Assembly: GCA_965153355.1 (NCBI GenBank)
Contig: OZ231126.1
Coordinates: 39,742,001 to 39,806,000, forward strand
Reading direction: 5' to 3'
DNA length: 64,000 nt
DNA from: Flaccisagitta enflata
Taxonomy: Eukaryota
The first letter of the stretch is position 1. Every line of letters begins with the position of its first letter. The position numbers and the translations under genes were made by a program. The notes under the pieces were generated by a model that worked only from the letters and a program-made list of their open reading frames with translations, was not told the origin of the DNA and searched no databases. Of this stretch, positions 29,385 through 59,078 are shown in pieces.

Positions 29385-29984
29385 TCTCTCATTGTTCTAT
29401 TGTTGTGGGCGTCTCGTCCAAATCGATATTTTTTTGTTGACTAGAAATTAGGAAGGAGTTAATCCCTCTAAAAGCCTACAGTAAACACCGGTGTTTAGGA
29501 GTAAAATTCCGTTTAAGAGCAATGTGTTTGTAAATGATCCATTCTTTTCAAAAGCCTATCGGAAATGTTGTTGTTGAAGAAAAATCCAATCTCTCCAAAG
29601 TAAAACTTAAAGAACAACGCTTTTCCAAGCCGTGCTAGTTATCTTTCTATCCTTCCCTTTCTATCTATAACCCACTGTATTTTCCGGCATTGTTTTTCTC
29701 ATTGTTGCGATTATTTTCACTCTCTCTGTCTCGTCATTTTTTCCTTTTTGTCTTTTTACTGTCACGCCGTCGGTCAGTCGGTCTGTTGGTCTACTGGTGC
29801 TTCTTTCCCTCCATAAACGGGTTACTTTTTAGTTGACAGGCCTAGTAAGAATGCAAAACAAAACTAGACGCGCTAACATCCTTGCTTAGGAATTTAAAAA
29901 AAAAAATTTCATGTTGGCCTCCGTTTCACTGTTCTGATGAGTCAACATCTAAAGAACGAGACCTGTAATTGTTGTCCTTGTTTC

Positions 29985-30032
<48 letters not shown>

Positions 30033-31877
30033 CTTTGCAATTTGCAACTGTCGCCTCCTATCAGATTTTCAAATTTCCGTTCTGCTTTAAAAATTTGAAA
30101 GATTTGTGTCCCTCATTCATGTTAATTCTCATCTGTATCATCCGCAACAATGAAAATATGCTCTGCTAGTATTTGTCGCTTTTAATTCTTGGAATTTGAC
30201 ACTAATTCGGAGGTACTTTGCTGCGATCATGTTTTAACAGTATGTCCAATAAATTTGGCAAAATTTCATAAAGGAAATTGAGTAACTATCTTGAACTGAT
30301 TTTTTCCCTCAAAATAATGGTCGAACATAAAAGTTGGTTATTGATGAATATCTATTATCCAATACGTAGCAAAAATCCATATTAAAACATCAGTGCAAGG
30401 AAGAAGAGGTTCATTTGAAGTAGTCTGGAGAAAATTGGCTTTGAGAGACAAAAGAAAATTGATGGTTGATCTTTAATTATTCCAGCAGACTTGCTTCAAT
30501 GCCTTAAGCCAAATTTGAGTAAGATGAACTGTACGCTTTTATGATGTATACCCACCTATTTATTGTTCTATTTTGGATACCAAATTTGATGTCAAAAAAA
30601 GCTAAAACGAAAATGTTCTCTGTCATGTTTTATTGGTAAATATCCCATAAGATTAGAAAGTTTGTCTCAGGCATAATTCCTTTCCTTTCAAACCAGGGAA
30701 ACCCATATGGACAAGGCCAAGTTAAGGCCAATAAGTGCGCCTCGCTTGATAAATAATTTGTGAATGAACGTTTTTAATGAATGATTGAATGGTTGAATGA
30801 ATGAATGAATTAAAATGAATGTGGTATGGCATGAAAGGTGATAGGAATGAAGAAATACGACAGAATCAGCCGTTTTGCGCATTTCAAACGTTTGCGTTAC
30901 AGACCAACCAACCAACGGACATGACCTCTTATAGAAGTGCGAGGACGCACTTAAAAACTGTACATTCTAACATCAAATAGAACTATTTGGGATGATAGAT
31001 ACCAAATTTTGGCTTGCTGGGTCGCTTAGAAGTATGGTTTATGAGAAATTATGTTTTTACCAAAGTTATTGGACACCCTGTTAAAAGGGAAATGGCTATG
31101 TAAATCAAATCCAGCAGCAGTTTGCTGATGATAATTGATGAGTCTTTGGAAAAGCGGAGACGAATTTCATCTGCGATGTTTTCTCCGATTATTGTTTCAA
31201 CTTCCGTAACTCATATCTCAGCTTACTACTCAGCTTACCACTCACAACTCAACTCTCTTTCCAGGTTACACAAACAATCTGTCTAAGTGTTCGTTGGCTG
31301 CATGATGCGAAATTCATGTTGATAGTTGGTTTGTTATTTTTTCTTGCATAGCTCGAGAGAGATAAATACGCGTGATTGGATTTGTAACGTTACCCAAACA
31401 ACGATTCATGGTCAATAGAGCTCTGCGTGTGATAGCTCTGCGTGTTTTGCATGGGCTGACCACATGTTTGTTTATCTAGATGACGATTTCGTTGATTGTT
31501 TTTTCTTCAACTGTTGACTTCGAAGAGAAATTAGCCTCTTTATTGATTCTGATGAACTTGAGCTAAAATTGGACTTCAGAGAGAGGGAAAAAGAAGAGAG
31601 ATTCAAAAACCAACAAACATGCCTTAATGAATAAACCACTAAAAAGGTCCACGCACTCACACGAGCAGTCACAAGCACTCTAACATGAAAACAAAAATTG
31701 ATTGATTTTACCTGTTAGCCAATGTTGTGTTAACGATCAAAAGTCAACCTTGCGGTGCCCAAAAGAGATCAAACAGTTCTTTTTTTTTCAAATTTTATGT
31801 CGCAGTATTATGAAAATAACCGATTTCGTCAAGATACCTGATATCAGTACATACGAAGTGGGAAAGGTACTTTCAAC

Positions 31878-32177
31878 CAGGGGTGTATATTCTTGAGTCG
31901 CTTTTGATTCCCCCCCCCCCTGCTTTTGATCTTCTTCCCCGCCACGCATCGCGTCGCATTTCTAAATCTATGATTTTCTTCCCCATAAGGCAGTAAAACA
32001 GTGTTAAATAGTGTTTTATTAATCAGTATTTATGATTTGGTACTGCCAAAAGTTATATTTTCCCCCAATTTTCTTTTTTTTTCTTTTTTCCTTCTTTGAT
32101 TTTCTTCCCCATCTCCAAACCCTTTGATTTCCCCCCCCCCCCCACCGGGGAGGGGGGGGGGAAACTCAACAGGCCTG
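31878..32177. mobile_element. Degenerate hAT-like MITE
   Basis: cagg... / ...cctg ends, poly-C/G subterminal tracts, 7/8-identical flanks ctttcaac / ctctcaac. Confidence 0.4.
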
Positions 32178-33223
32178 CTCTCAACTGATAAAGGTACTGA
32201 TCAATGAGCATACACTGCTATGGCTTTTTCAAAACAAGGCTTGAGTTGCAGGCGGATGAGCGGGCGCAGTCATATAGAAATCTACTGGAGTGTCTCTGCT
32301 TACCAGAACACGTCCCTCTATGCAATATATTTAGTCTTGTTTATTCTATTTCTATCCTCCTTTTTTGTCTCGTTCAATGTTTGTTACTCATTTACGTTGC
32401 GTGTCTCCTTCAGTTTAGATATTGCTGACCGTGTTTTATTTTCTTTTTTTTTTTTCCTTTTTTTTTTTCTTGTGGTTTTTCTTAAATTGCCCGATTGATT
32501 TGTCTTTCAAAGCTCCTTTAAGATCAGATGTCAATTAATTATGGAATGATTGATAATGTAACGATGGTTTCATGGTCAAACTAAATCTTGCATAAAGAAA
32601 TGAGGTTACTAGTACCTTGTTTCCCTAGTGAAAAGTTGATACCGAAAAAAAGCTGTTTCAGTAGAGAGTAAGTAAGAGTAAAAAGAAAACCAACTCATTG
32701 ATAAAGAGCAACGGCTGAGAGACAGTGACACAAATTAATGTTTAACATCTAAATTGGGTCAGCTGTGATTACCTTTTATTATTCCGTTGAAATCATTTTG
32801 ATTTTGTGGGTAAACGCTAGATTCAGCTTTAAGTGCAGGTGCTCACTTAAAAAAAAACAAGGTCGGATACACGGCAACCTTAGTCGCAAACGGTCGGGAA
32901 GGCCTTCGATGAGGCGGTGGAATGAGTGGGTAAAAACAGTGGTCTTTACTGAATGGAGTCATCCGAATACCATTATGATTTCATGTTGTCAGGCACAAAA
33001 ACGAAAACGAAAACGGTGATCGAAAGATCGACCAACCCACCGACGAAAAAGTGACTTTGGGAGCGCATGACTAAAAATGATATATGTCGATATTTCATTT
33101 CATTTCATTTCATGTAATGCTCAACCGTGCAATGATACACTTTTACATTGATGAATCGTAAATGATATGATCCGGCGAAATTCAATAACAACTATTCTAC
33201 TTTTCAGTCAATAAATAGCGATA

Positions 33224-33608
33224 CCACGCGTATCAAAAAAAAAGACGCACTTTTAAATGGTTGATTTAGCCACTAAATCTTCAAAAAACTATCATCTAGA
33301 TCATTTTGCCCTTTCAGTACTTTCATTTCGCCAATCTGGTATCTACCTTTTTTTCATTTAAATGGCATCAGCTCGAATGAAAACATTCATTTCGCTTCGC
33401 AATCCCTATTAAAAAGTGCATTTTAAGAAAATAGTGTTTGCAGAGCTCTAGCTCCTAAACCGTTTGGAATACAGATCTGGGATTGGTCTAGAATGAAAGA
33501 TTTTTTGAAAATCTTTCAAAATGTTTTTGTCAAAAATAGTTAAAATTATTTTTTATATCTGTTTTTTCCATTAATAGATAGGTGCGTCTTTTTTTTTGAT
33601 ACGCGTGG
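33224..33608. mobile_element. Tc1/mariner-type MITE (TA TSD)
   Basis: TIR ccacgcgtatcaaaaaaaaagacgcac / gtgcgtctttttttttgatacgcgtgg, TA flanks; second diverged copy at ~49261-49660. Confidence 0.8.
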
Positions 33609-33654
33609 TATGCAGTAATTAAATGTAATGTAAAGGATAGACTGCAGAATTTGT

Positions 33655-33845
33655 TTTTAGTCGCGGACACACGACTCTACACCTTGCTGTGTCGGTCGGT
33701 CGGTCGGTCCGTCCGTCCGTCCGTCCGTCCGTCCGTCCGTCCGTCCGTCCGTCCGTCCGTAACATTTCTGAATTGCGATTGATTTTTGCATTTCCGCTCC
33801 TGCCCAACCGTCCGCGACTGTCCTGCCGTGTATCCGGCCTTGTTT
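33655..33845 (+). mobile_element. HINE-like element, agtcgcggac subfamily
   Basis: 5' hairpin, (GTCC)n, subTIR gtccgcgact, 3' gccgtgtatccggccttgttt; further copies at ~34330-34468 and 39687-39865. Confidence 0.75.
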
Positions 33846-35453
33846 CATTCAGTCGTGGTAAATTCAGTGCGATTTGGCTCATTTTTGGCGTAGGGAGAAC
33901 ATGCACACGACGTTTCATTTGATTCAGTTTTGGTGTGTTGAGGGCAAACCACCGAAGGTAATTTGATTCAGTTGAGGTGTGTAGAGGGCACACGCCATGA
34001 CACGAAACCTTAACTCTTGACCTTCGGAAAAAAGAATGATTGATGTTCTTGAACTGACTTCCTTTTCAATTGAATTTGACGATCTTCGATGATTTGAAGA
34101 CATTTGGAAAAATTCCAGATAAAGAGAAGCAGCGCTTGCTTGCGAGAAGTGATTATTTTATGCTTAATACAGTATTAATTCGTCTTAATACTTAATTCAT
34201 AGGTCGGTAGACTTGGTACTGTCATATTGCAAACTAATAAACGAGGTCGGGTAATTGGCGGAATAAATGGTGTTTTTTATCGCCTGCTTTAGAAATATGT
34301 GTCTGTGCTACGCTGAAAATATAAATCTGTATCCCAACGTTCCGTGTCGGTCGGTTCGTCGGAACGTCGGTACGTCGGTAACAAATATTTCTGAATGTCG
34401 AGCGATTTTAGCATTACGCCCCCTGCCCAACTGTCCGCGACTGTCTTGCCGTGTATCCGGCCTTGTTTTTGGTAAGGAGTAGCGCCCATTTTGACCTACT
34501 TTCATCATAATTCAGCTAGTTTTTTTTTCAACCACCAAGAAAATGAAGATTAATTTTCAATCCTATGGAGCTCCACGGAGTGACATCGAAGGTTTTATTT
34601 CTTTGCCTCGAGAATATTTCCGGGGTTAATTTCCAAAATTCGAGAAGACAAAATTTCCATTTCAGATCCTCTATTCCTCGATTGTGTTTCCACAAATTTT
34701 GACCGATCGTCTCTTTTAGTCGCCCCAAAGGATATTTCAATTTCATCGCTTAACTATGACAGAAAATGGTCAGAACAATGATTTCTATAAGGTTGGGCCG
34801 TGCCGGGGACAGTAAGGAAATGAACATGGTCGGATCCTTGTGTATAGTTAAGATGGAGGTATTGTGGCTATGGAAAGAAAGCTAAGTTTCTGTCCTATGA
34901 GCCAACGAAAAATACAGACCGACCAATTTCAGACCGAAAACTGCAACCGACATATATCGAAAAAAGAAGAGCCACGGGTATGAAAATCAACATATAGAAT
35001 CCGCGTCATTACGCACTCAGTGTTTCCGTTACAAGCTTTCTTATTCATGGTTGAGAGGGAATTGATGTAATTCGAGAAAAGCTAAGGGATAAATTATGGA
35101 TGTCTCTAAGAGCCCAAATTTCTTTTCTTCGAGAAAAGGTTTTGGCCTCATTTATCTTAAGTTTCTTTCCGTCTGTCCGCTGACCGTAACTTCTAACTCA
35201 TTTTCTACTACACGAATGAAAATGAATTTGCTTTTTTTGTTGGAGGAAAATGAGTATTCCAACTTAGCTAAACTGATTAAAGCGACACGCGGAAAATAGA
35301 AAGAAAGAGCAAAAAAAAAAAAAAAAAAAAGCTACCTCTTTTTGGGTTCAAGTAAGAAATCTGTTTAGAGGCCAATTTAGAATCACACCTTTTTTGTTTT
35401 CCTTTTATTTATCTCAAACTTTGAAAACAATTGATAACCAATATCTCCAAAAA

Positions 35454-35815
35454 ATGGCTACCCCCGAGGGATTACATTTGCAATCAGCCATTAGATCAGA
35501 TGGTCAAACACTGAGAAAATCATTCAAAGCATCCAAATCCGTGCCTGCAAAGGTCGTGACGTTTGCCAGTGATAAAGAGAAACGGTCTGTAAGAAAAGAA
35601 TCAGGACAAAACTCGAAACCCTCTCATTCAAACCAGTCGCTAAAATTCCAAGACGATATTAATTTGCATAAAACAACACTCAATAAACCTATACGCCCTG
35701 TATGTTCGCAACAAAAAGGGCAACTGCTGGAAAATAAACAACATCAGCAAAGAAAAAATCATCAACAACATCAGCAACAACAGCAGCAGCAGCAGCAACA
35801 ACAACAACAACAACC

Positions 35816-35903
<88 letters not shown>

Positions 35904-36158
35904 GGAGTATTAATTGAACAACTGTATTCAGACTTATATCATTTTGGAGACTTGATGGATCTTGGCGTAAACGGGTTCGCTGCATTACAAAACCATTTTT
36001 CAGCAACACGACATCCATATGCTGCAACTCAAAACCCATATGCTGCAACACAATACCAATCTGCTTCAATTCAACACCCATCTGATGCAACTCAACGTTC
36101 ATATGCCGCAACACAACACCCATCTGCCGCAACTCAACTTCCCTTTCCATTTGCCTCG
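35454..36158 (+). CDS. Candidate N-terminal exon C1 of the DUSP gene (polyQ plus 7-aa ATQHPxA repeats)
   Basis: 235-codon open frame MATPEGLHLQ..., long polyQ, about seven 21-bp coding repeats; donor TCG|GTTAAT in phase 0 fits the acceptor at 36859. Start uncertain. Confidence 0.5.
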
Positions 36159-36858
36159 GTTAATAATCAATTTCAGTTTTACTTCTTTCTCCTTACTTTA
36201 TGTTTTTGAAAGACATTTCGACAAACTTAATGAGGAACAGAACGACCTTCAAAACGTTTTTTCGAAAAGAAAAAAAAAACTCAATATTTTACTTTTCTAA
36301 ATCTAGTTAGTTACACCGATAAATATCTATCCCTGGTTTTGTTCGTCCGTTTGTCTGTCTGAATATAGGGTTCATTGGTCTCTCGATCCATCTACAATTC
36401 TTTATCTTTGCACAAACCAACAGGCATATTGACTTATGGACAGACAGATTGACAGTCTGATGGATGATCGGATAAGGGATGGTTTGACAGACCGACGGAC
36501 GGACAATCGGCGAGAAATATCATGCGTAAAAGTGTGCGGAAAATATTGTAAGAATATTCGGCCATGTCTTAATTTTGAAATCTTTTTTCTCTAGTTTGGT
36601 CATAAACATAACCCTGTTTAAACCCGTGTCATATACGTATCACATGAAATTTAGGTCGGACTGGCGTATTGATTAGATTGAAATTGGGGCCAGTCAGACA
36701 TAAAACTCAATTTGACGTATCTTACAATGACTTAATCACAGTTCATTACTAGCTCTTTCCATTATATTGGTCTTCCATTTCCCACCGGTACGCCTCGATC
36801 GTTTTTTTTTTCATTCTTGGAATTCTCACTGTACATCGAATGGTGATTTCATTCTCAG

Positions 36859-37010
36859 CCTTTCGGCCAATCCGTTTTCCCGAATTTACTGATGACGACG
36901 ACGAATACAATTCCAAATACGATTCCAATTACCATGCCAGTCGTTTGTTATTACTCGCAAAAGAACAAACTTGTAACCGAAAAACACCCTCAACTGAAAA
37001 ACGAAAAAGG
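36859..37010 (+). CDS. Candidate exon C2 of the DUSP gene (PFGQSVFPNLLMTTTNTIP...KNEK-G)
   Basis: Acceptor ttcattctcag|, donor GG|GTGAGT; the phase-0-in frame is open and exits in phase 2, fitting 41529; internal ATG at 36892. Confidence 0.55.
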
Positions 37011-37518
37011 GTGAGTCAGAAAAGCGACCTTTATAGCGGCAAATAGTGGTTCATGGCGTTATTTGGTGGTGGGAGATTGGTGGGTGCAGTTGTGGGGACA
37101 ATTGGACAAAGCGAGATAGATGGTTCAATACTGGATAGCCAAAATTGTGGACTGTGGTCTTGCAAAGAAAGTGACTTGGAGAACTCAAACTATTCTAGTG
37201 GTCTTAGTGCATTGATTTCATGGACATGGTAAATGATGATGTTGAAAGTAATTTGGAATATCATGAACATTAAAAAACAAGAAGAAAAAGAAAAGTAAAT
37301 GTTGTGGATTGCCATGTCTCTAAAAGTGTCTTGGTGTGTCACAGACGTTGGACAACTGCAGAGAAGCCAATGTGTGGATTACCAGCTCATTCCATTACTT
37401 ATGTAATTTTTATGGCCAACTTGGGCCGAGCTCAAATCCATTTTATCTCTTCCAATCTCAGAGTTCGCCTTTTTTCGCTGCTCTGCCTCTCAGTGACTGT
37501 GTGTGTGTTTGTGTATAA

Positions 37519-37604
<86 letters not shown>

Positions 37605-37620
37605 ATATGTGTGTGTGTGT

Positions 37621-37669
<49 letters not shown>

Positions 37670-37831
37670 AGTGCTCGAAATTACTTAGGGTGTGCATCTG
37701 CGCCGAGTGATTCGAGGGCACCCGGAGATAAGCAAGACAGTTGACCCGCTCATCGGAGCACAATCGGAGAAACAATAGACACATATCATGAAGAGGCAGG
37801 CCATAACCAGTGCTAGTTTTCTGTCTATCAG

Positions 37832-37868
<37 letters not shown>

Positions 37869-40069
37869 TGGCATGAAACAATTTTTGCCAAATTTTTCAG
37901 GGCCCCTCAAAAAAGGCTGAATATTTTTAGAATATTGTCATGGAGTGGGACTAAAACAAAGAAACAGACTGTATAAAGTATATGTATTATTTAAGATCAA
38001 TATTTGAGTATGAATTGGTAGCCTTCCTTCATTACAAATAGTCGAGTACCGTAATACTTTGATTTGACTGCTCAAGTGGCTTCCATTTTTCAATACTTGA
38101 TATACTATGTTGTTCAAATCAAGAGTCCGCGCGATGATGTTAAGTCCTTCTTTGATAACAGATGAATGGAGAACTCTAATTATTGATGATGATTGGTTAT
38201 TTTGGTGTCTTTGGGTGTTAAATGTTGCTCGTATAACCTTTTCTATGTTATCAGAGAGTTTAATCACTCATTTTAGTGTGACCTATCAATTAATTTCAGG
38301 AGCAAGTTTGACCACTTTCTTGTATTGAGAAGCGTGCACTCATTTTGATGTAAAATCTAAACGGTTAAAGCTAATTATCTCTGCTTGGCGGCATTTGAAA
38401 GCCCTTTTGAAGCTCTTTACAACGGTCACTGATTTTTCTATGCTCCTGTCACTGATATGTGCAAAAAAAAAAATGAAAAAGACATGCCAGAATTTTGCGC
38501 AGAAATTTAATTTTATTTTATCAGCATTGATCAAGGTGAACACTCTTTTTGCTCTAAAATCTAAACGAATCGAGCTACAACGCTCTGCTAGGCGGCATTT
38601 GACGGCATTTTTGAACAGCTTTCCAACGGTCATTGGTTTTCCTATGGTTTTCGTCGCCATTATGATGAAAAGTGACTAAACATTGCGGACTCTTGTTTTG
38701 AACAACATAGTACTGAGCTTAAATATGAATTTCATCATCATAGCTTGACAAAACCAATCGCCGAAATGATTCAAAAGAATCAAAAAGTGGTAAGAAATTA
38801 AATAGTAAAAATGATTCTTTCTTGTAACTACTGTGAGACACTTTTGCCGAGTTGATATGGACATCAGCTCAGGATTTAAACTTTTTTTTTTCTGGCATCT
38901 TATAGGTGTGCCATAGCACCCCTTTAATATGCTCTGTCTGTTGGTTGGTTGGTTGGTTGATTCAAGGCCTGAGAGGGTAGATTTCAAGCCTGAGAGAAGG
39001 TTTCAGGCCTGGGGGACAGATGGACGGATGGACGAAAGTCCTCCTGTGTTCTACAAGACTATTCCCTTGAGGGCCACTGCCCTGCTTCCTCTCACTCCAA
39101 TTCATATTCATGCAAAGCAGGGCAATGGGTATCGCTGACCACATATTGTCCTTAGGCGAGCGGTTTTTGTCTCGTCCTATTCATCACATATTGCTATCCC
39201 CCCCTCCCCCAACTCTTCCTCCCCCTTCAAATTGTCCTCCAAAAAAGCTCAAGTGACCGATTTGCATTGTTTTTCTTATCATTAGCTCTCTTTCTCTTCT
39301 TCTTCTTCCTCTTCCTCTTCTTCTTCTTCTTCTTCTTCTTCTTCTTCTTCTTCTTCTTCTTCTTCTTCTTCTTCTTCTTCTTCTTCTTCTTCATTTTCTT
39401 CTCCTTCCTTTTTAGGCAGCAGCCCCGAAGGGGCCGATGACCTATTCTTTCACACATTGGGGAACATTGGAAGCCTTCATTTCTTCAAAAATTTACTAAC
39501 GTTAGGCTTGACATCTTTAAGGATTAAACTTTTAAAGAACATGCTAAAAACATTAGAAAGCTCCATTCTTTCAATGGAAATGATATACCAGGACGCTGTA
39601 ATTATGTAGATTTTTGTTTCTATTCTATTTTCATTCACTAAGAATTTTACACTTGCTACTTCTGTTTCATTGACATTTTTCCTCATTTTTAGTCGCGGAC
39701 AAGCAACTCTATAAGAGGCTTTGTCCGTCCGTCCGTCCGTTGGTCGGTCGGTTGGTTGGTCGGTTGGTCGGTCCGTGGTGATCGAGTTGGAAAGTGTGAA
39801 AACGCGCATTTCCGCCCCTGCCCACCCGTCCGCGACTGGTATTGGCCGTGTATCCGGCCTTGTTTCTTAGAAGACAAGCTTTTTTGCGGTTTTACCACGC
39901 AAATAAAAACATACAAAGAACCATTCAAACTATTTGCTCAGTTTGTTCCCAATTTGGGTGTCGGGATGGTAACCCCATCAATATCGTTCCTTTGTTCTTC
40001 TTCTTGTTCCATGAAGACAACCATTAAGTAAAGCTGTGAAAGACAGAATGTGATGATGGAGAGACGGAA

Positions 40070-41000
<931 letters not shown>

Positions 41001-41365
41001 CTTTGTCAATGTGTATGTGATTGTGTGATCGTGAGTGCGAGTCCGAGTGAAGCTTGCGTCTAATCTCTGTCGACGCTTCCGTCTCTTTCTCACAAACTCC
41101 GTATGTCTGTCCGTCTTTTAGCATTTGTCTCTGTCTGTCTCCAACTCTCTCTCCATCGTTGTCTCGAAGCGATATGGTTTCATGATCTCGGTTTTACTGC
41201 CCTTAGGACATCATTAGACGTAACCTCAAGGATATTCTACCAGTCATAAGTATGTTCGAATGATCATGGTAATTCTTTTTTTCTCCTCCGTTTCTCACCC
41301 CGTCCTCTCCTCTCTTTCACACACACACACATGCACACGCACACGCACACACACACACACACACG

Positions 41366-41524
<159 letters not shown>

Positions 41525-41528
41525 ACAG

Positions 41529-55530
<14,002 letters not shown>

Positions 55531-55550
55531 TTTGTTGTGAGAAAAAAATA

Positions 55551-55730
55551 CAGTTGAAACCCGCAGTAACGTAGTAACGGACGCCAAGAGAGCTACAAAT
55601 TTGATTCATTTTTAGTGGATTTTTGTGGTAAAAGATATAAAAAGAAATATAATGAATGGACAAAAATTTTCACATCTTTTTATGAATAGTTTTCCATTCC
55701 TCTTGGATACGTTACAGCGGGGTGTAACTG
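55551..55730. mobile_element. Short Tc1/mariner(pogo)-type MITE
   Basis: TIR cagttgaaacccgcagtaacg / cgttacagcggggtgtaactg, TA flanks. Confidence 0.7.
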
Positions 55731-56909
55731 TACCATCCCTTTGACTAACTTTTTCCTACCCGGTACACTTCAACAATGAATAATATGCTGAGGGTAGATT
55801 CCAAGTAATTGTTTACATGGTGACATTTTTCTTGGCAAATTGTTGGTTCATTTTTTACTGGGTCTAGATCATCTTAGTCCTGGCAAGATGATTAGAAGCA
55901 AGAAAAAGAGATAAAACTGAAACACTGTAAATCTACTCAATTCGCAAAGAAGGAGGGGCAGTTTTATGACAAGGATACTAATTGTTTGTCTTTTCTTTTT
56001 CTTTCAATTCTATCGTTGTTCCTACCACGAATATTCTTTGCTCTGCAGTACAATTACCTTCTTATAGATGTCAATTGATTTCATCAGACACTCAAATGAA
56101 AAAGAAAAGATAAAGAAAATCACGAAAGTTAGGCGTGGCATTTAATTACAACCTTCGGCTTTTGAAGTTGTTTCTGGCAAACAGGCACGAAATTTAACAA
56201 GCCCGTTCGAGAAAACTAGATGCGCTATCCGCGTGGTTTTGGACGAGGTTCTAGTTTATGATAGACGGATGAACAGACAGACGAACGGATGAACCAACAG
56301 ACTTGTGGATGGATGGACGCAACTAAAAAGAACGACTATATCTATACAGTAGATGTCGTCTATACTTGGAAATACGGGGGCCCTCATATCGTGACTATAA
56401 TTTGTGCCAATGAAATAAAACTGTGTGTGTATAATGCTTGTGTCCTATAGGGTTGTCGATGGGGTATGGCAGCTCTGTGGATAGAAAATTCTTGTCTAAT
56501 GTCCGTTATTCCTCACAGTGTCACGATACATAGACAAAGACAGTTTTGAGTGCCCAGAGCCGCGACCGGTGCAGAAGTGTCATATACCACTTGTGGAACA
56601 CCAATCACCTGCTGAGAAATTTTTTCGAAGGCAAAAAATTGATTATTCCTTGTTTTTATCCAACCTCTGTTTGGGCAGTATGTTGGTTGATTTTTTCACA
56701 CTTACTGGAGGATATCAGTCATCAATGAATTTCAATTACCTTCTTTTTGTCTTGAAACCATCAGAAAATACATAGATTTTGGACTTGCGAAGCTACAGGA
56801 GGCTTTTTGTGTCTGTTGGTCTGTCCATCAGTCCATTGATTGGTCCAATACGTTGGAAGTTGAAAAATGCAAAAACGCGTACTTCAGACACCTCGGTTCT
56901 CTGTGTGTG

Positions 56910-56960
<51 letters not shown>

Positions 56961-58313
56961 TGTGGGCACACCTGGACACCCACTCGCAATGACCTTATCA
57001 GGAGGAAAAAAGTTGAAGTCAGTCTTCAGCTTTTTGACATATTTGAGAGAAACATGGTTTTCATTTTCTTATGGGGAAAATGAGGAACTCATCCAACTGA
57101 TTTGGGCCTCCAATGAAATTTATGGGGTAAGTAAAATTTGATTATTCTTTCATTTGGCGTCAAGCAGAATTCTCTATGACAAATATTTTTTCAAGGATTT
57201 TTAAAGATTTTTTTTTACAAAAAAAATTTGATTTTTTTTCGATTTTTAATGATATTGTATAGGTACAATAAAGGAATGTATTCAAGTTTGTTTGGGCATG
57301 CAAATACAAGAAAACATGTTTGTGAGTATAGCTGCTCATCTGTTAGGGTGTTTTTGAGCATTCTAGCTCATTTAGCTCATTTAGCTCTCTTATTTTTTCT
57401 GATTTAAAATGTGATTAATGAATGAATATTTTGATATATGTTAATGCAAGCAAATATATGAAAGCATGTCAGTGAGCTTGGTCGTTTTTTTTAATTTTCA
57501 ATGGGTAAAAACCAATATTTTGATGTAAGCATGCAAATACAAAAAAAACATATCAGTGAGCATAGTTAGTTGTCTGGTTGAGTGATTTTTAGTGTTTTAG
57601 CTCATCTAGCTCATTTGGCTAAGTCCTATTTTTCTCTGATTTTCAGTGCAATCTATACATACAATCGTGCTTGATTTGATCTAACAACTAAAAACCATTT
57701 GCAAAGACTGTCGACAAAAGCTTGGTCAAAATTGACTAATGCTTACAACTTTTATCCTAAGGGGGATAACCGCCATTACTGGTAACACCACATCACATAA
57801 TGAACGCTGGAATGTTCTATCAACTGCTCTCACACATTTTGTTCAAAGTTAAACTTATTGAGCTGTCAGGATATTCAGACTCATTGCTAGAAGGAGAAAA
57901 AAGGCAGGATACATGGCTATCCCAGTTGCGTGTAGGTTGGCAGGGGCCATATTTGAGGTCACTTGACCATTTGTGTATGAGCAGTGTGGTCAAAGAATAA
58001 AAACATAAAAAAAGTGAAACATGGCCAATGGACAAATAGACAGATGGATGGGGATACGTGACCAAAATCTCATGCATGACACACAACATATTCAGTATAT
58101 AGGGTTAAGACGGTGAGAGGGGTAGCGATCCTGTAAGGGAGTATTTTACAGGCTGAGATTTTGGGCAGAATTGGATTTTGAGCCTAGAGGCTGTGATGAA
58201 AGCTTTATGACTGCTTTATGACTCTTTAGGGCTGAATGAGGACCTACTCATGGCGTGAAGGCTCCTTGAAGGCTGTTTCAAAGCCTGAGAGGGCTGATTT
58301 GAGGCCTGGGTTG

Positions 58314-59078
58314 TAGGGCTGAGTCGAGCAATTAATTGCTCGACGATAAATCGAGGAAAAATTTTGCATTGCTTGCTCGAGGAAAGCAAAAATCCTCGGA
58401 GGAAAATTTTTGTTCATTTGTTCATTTGTTCTTTGGACTGCAGCATTTATTCCCAACGGAAGACAAGATCTAATTAAGGTCTGGTTGACATCATAGAAAC
58501 CATCGAACTTTAATCTCTTGAAATGTCAAAGATTGACGTCAATCTGCTTCATCCCGACACAGTCATTGAATTTATAGCTAAATCTGTTGAGGAAAGCATG
58601 TCGCCGTTTGCATAAACAAGGCCGGATACACGGCTCCCCAGTCGCGCAAGGGTGGGCAGGGGCTGTAAATGAGGTCACCAGATCATTTGGGCAGGAGCAG
58701 TGAGGCAAAAAAAATCGCAAAACCCCCAAAAAAGTGTGACGGACGGACGGACCGACAAAGCGGGTTGTAGAGTCCGCAACTGGTGACCGTGTATCCGGCC
58801 TTGTTGGCTAAAAAAACTGAAAAAAAAAATTGATTTGATTTGATTTGTTTGTGGCCTGCTTTGAAACATGTTACCTAGTCTATAAAGTTTGAAAGAAAAA
58901 CAAGTCCCATTGCGTTACCATTTCTTTCTTTTTAGAACTAAGGGGTAGAAAAGTTATCTGTAATCAATTATGGAATGCTGAAAAAAAATCCTCGAAAATC
59001 CTCGAGGATTCCTCGAGGAATTAAGATTTTAGGCGATTAATCATTGAGGAAAAATATCAAATCCTCGACTCAGCCCTA
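58314..59078. mobile_element. hAT-type MITE (8-bp TSD) inserted in the left arm
   Basis: 15-bp perfect TIR tagggctgagtcgag; TSD ctgggttg at 58306-58313 and 59079-59086; absent from the right arm. Confidence 0.85.
58615..58805. mobile_element. Rearranged HINE with two 3' ends in inverted orientation
   Basis: aacaaggccggatacacgg ... ccgtgtatccggccttgtt (19-bp inverted termini). Confidence 0.7.

Noticed and set aside
38030-38850. Short inverted (38105/38681) and direct (38350/38555) repeats
   Set aside because: Likely an old DNA-transposon remnant, but termini and TSD could not be defined.
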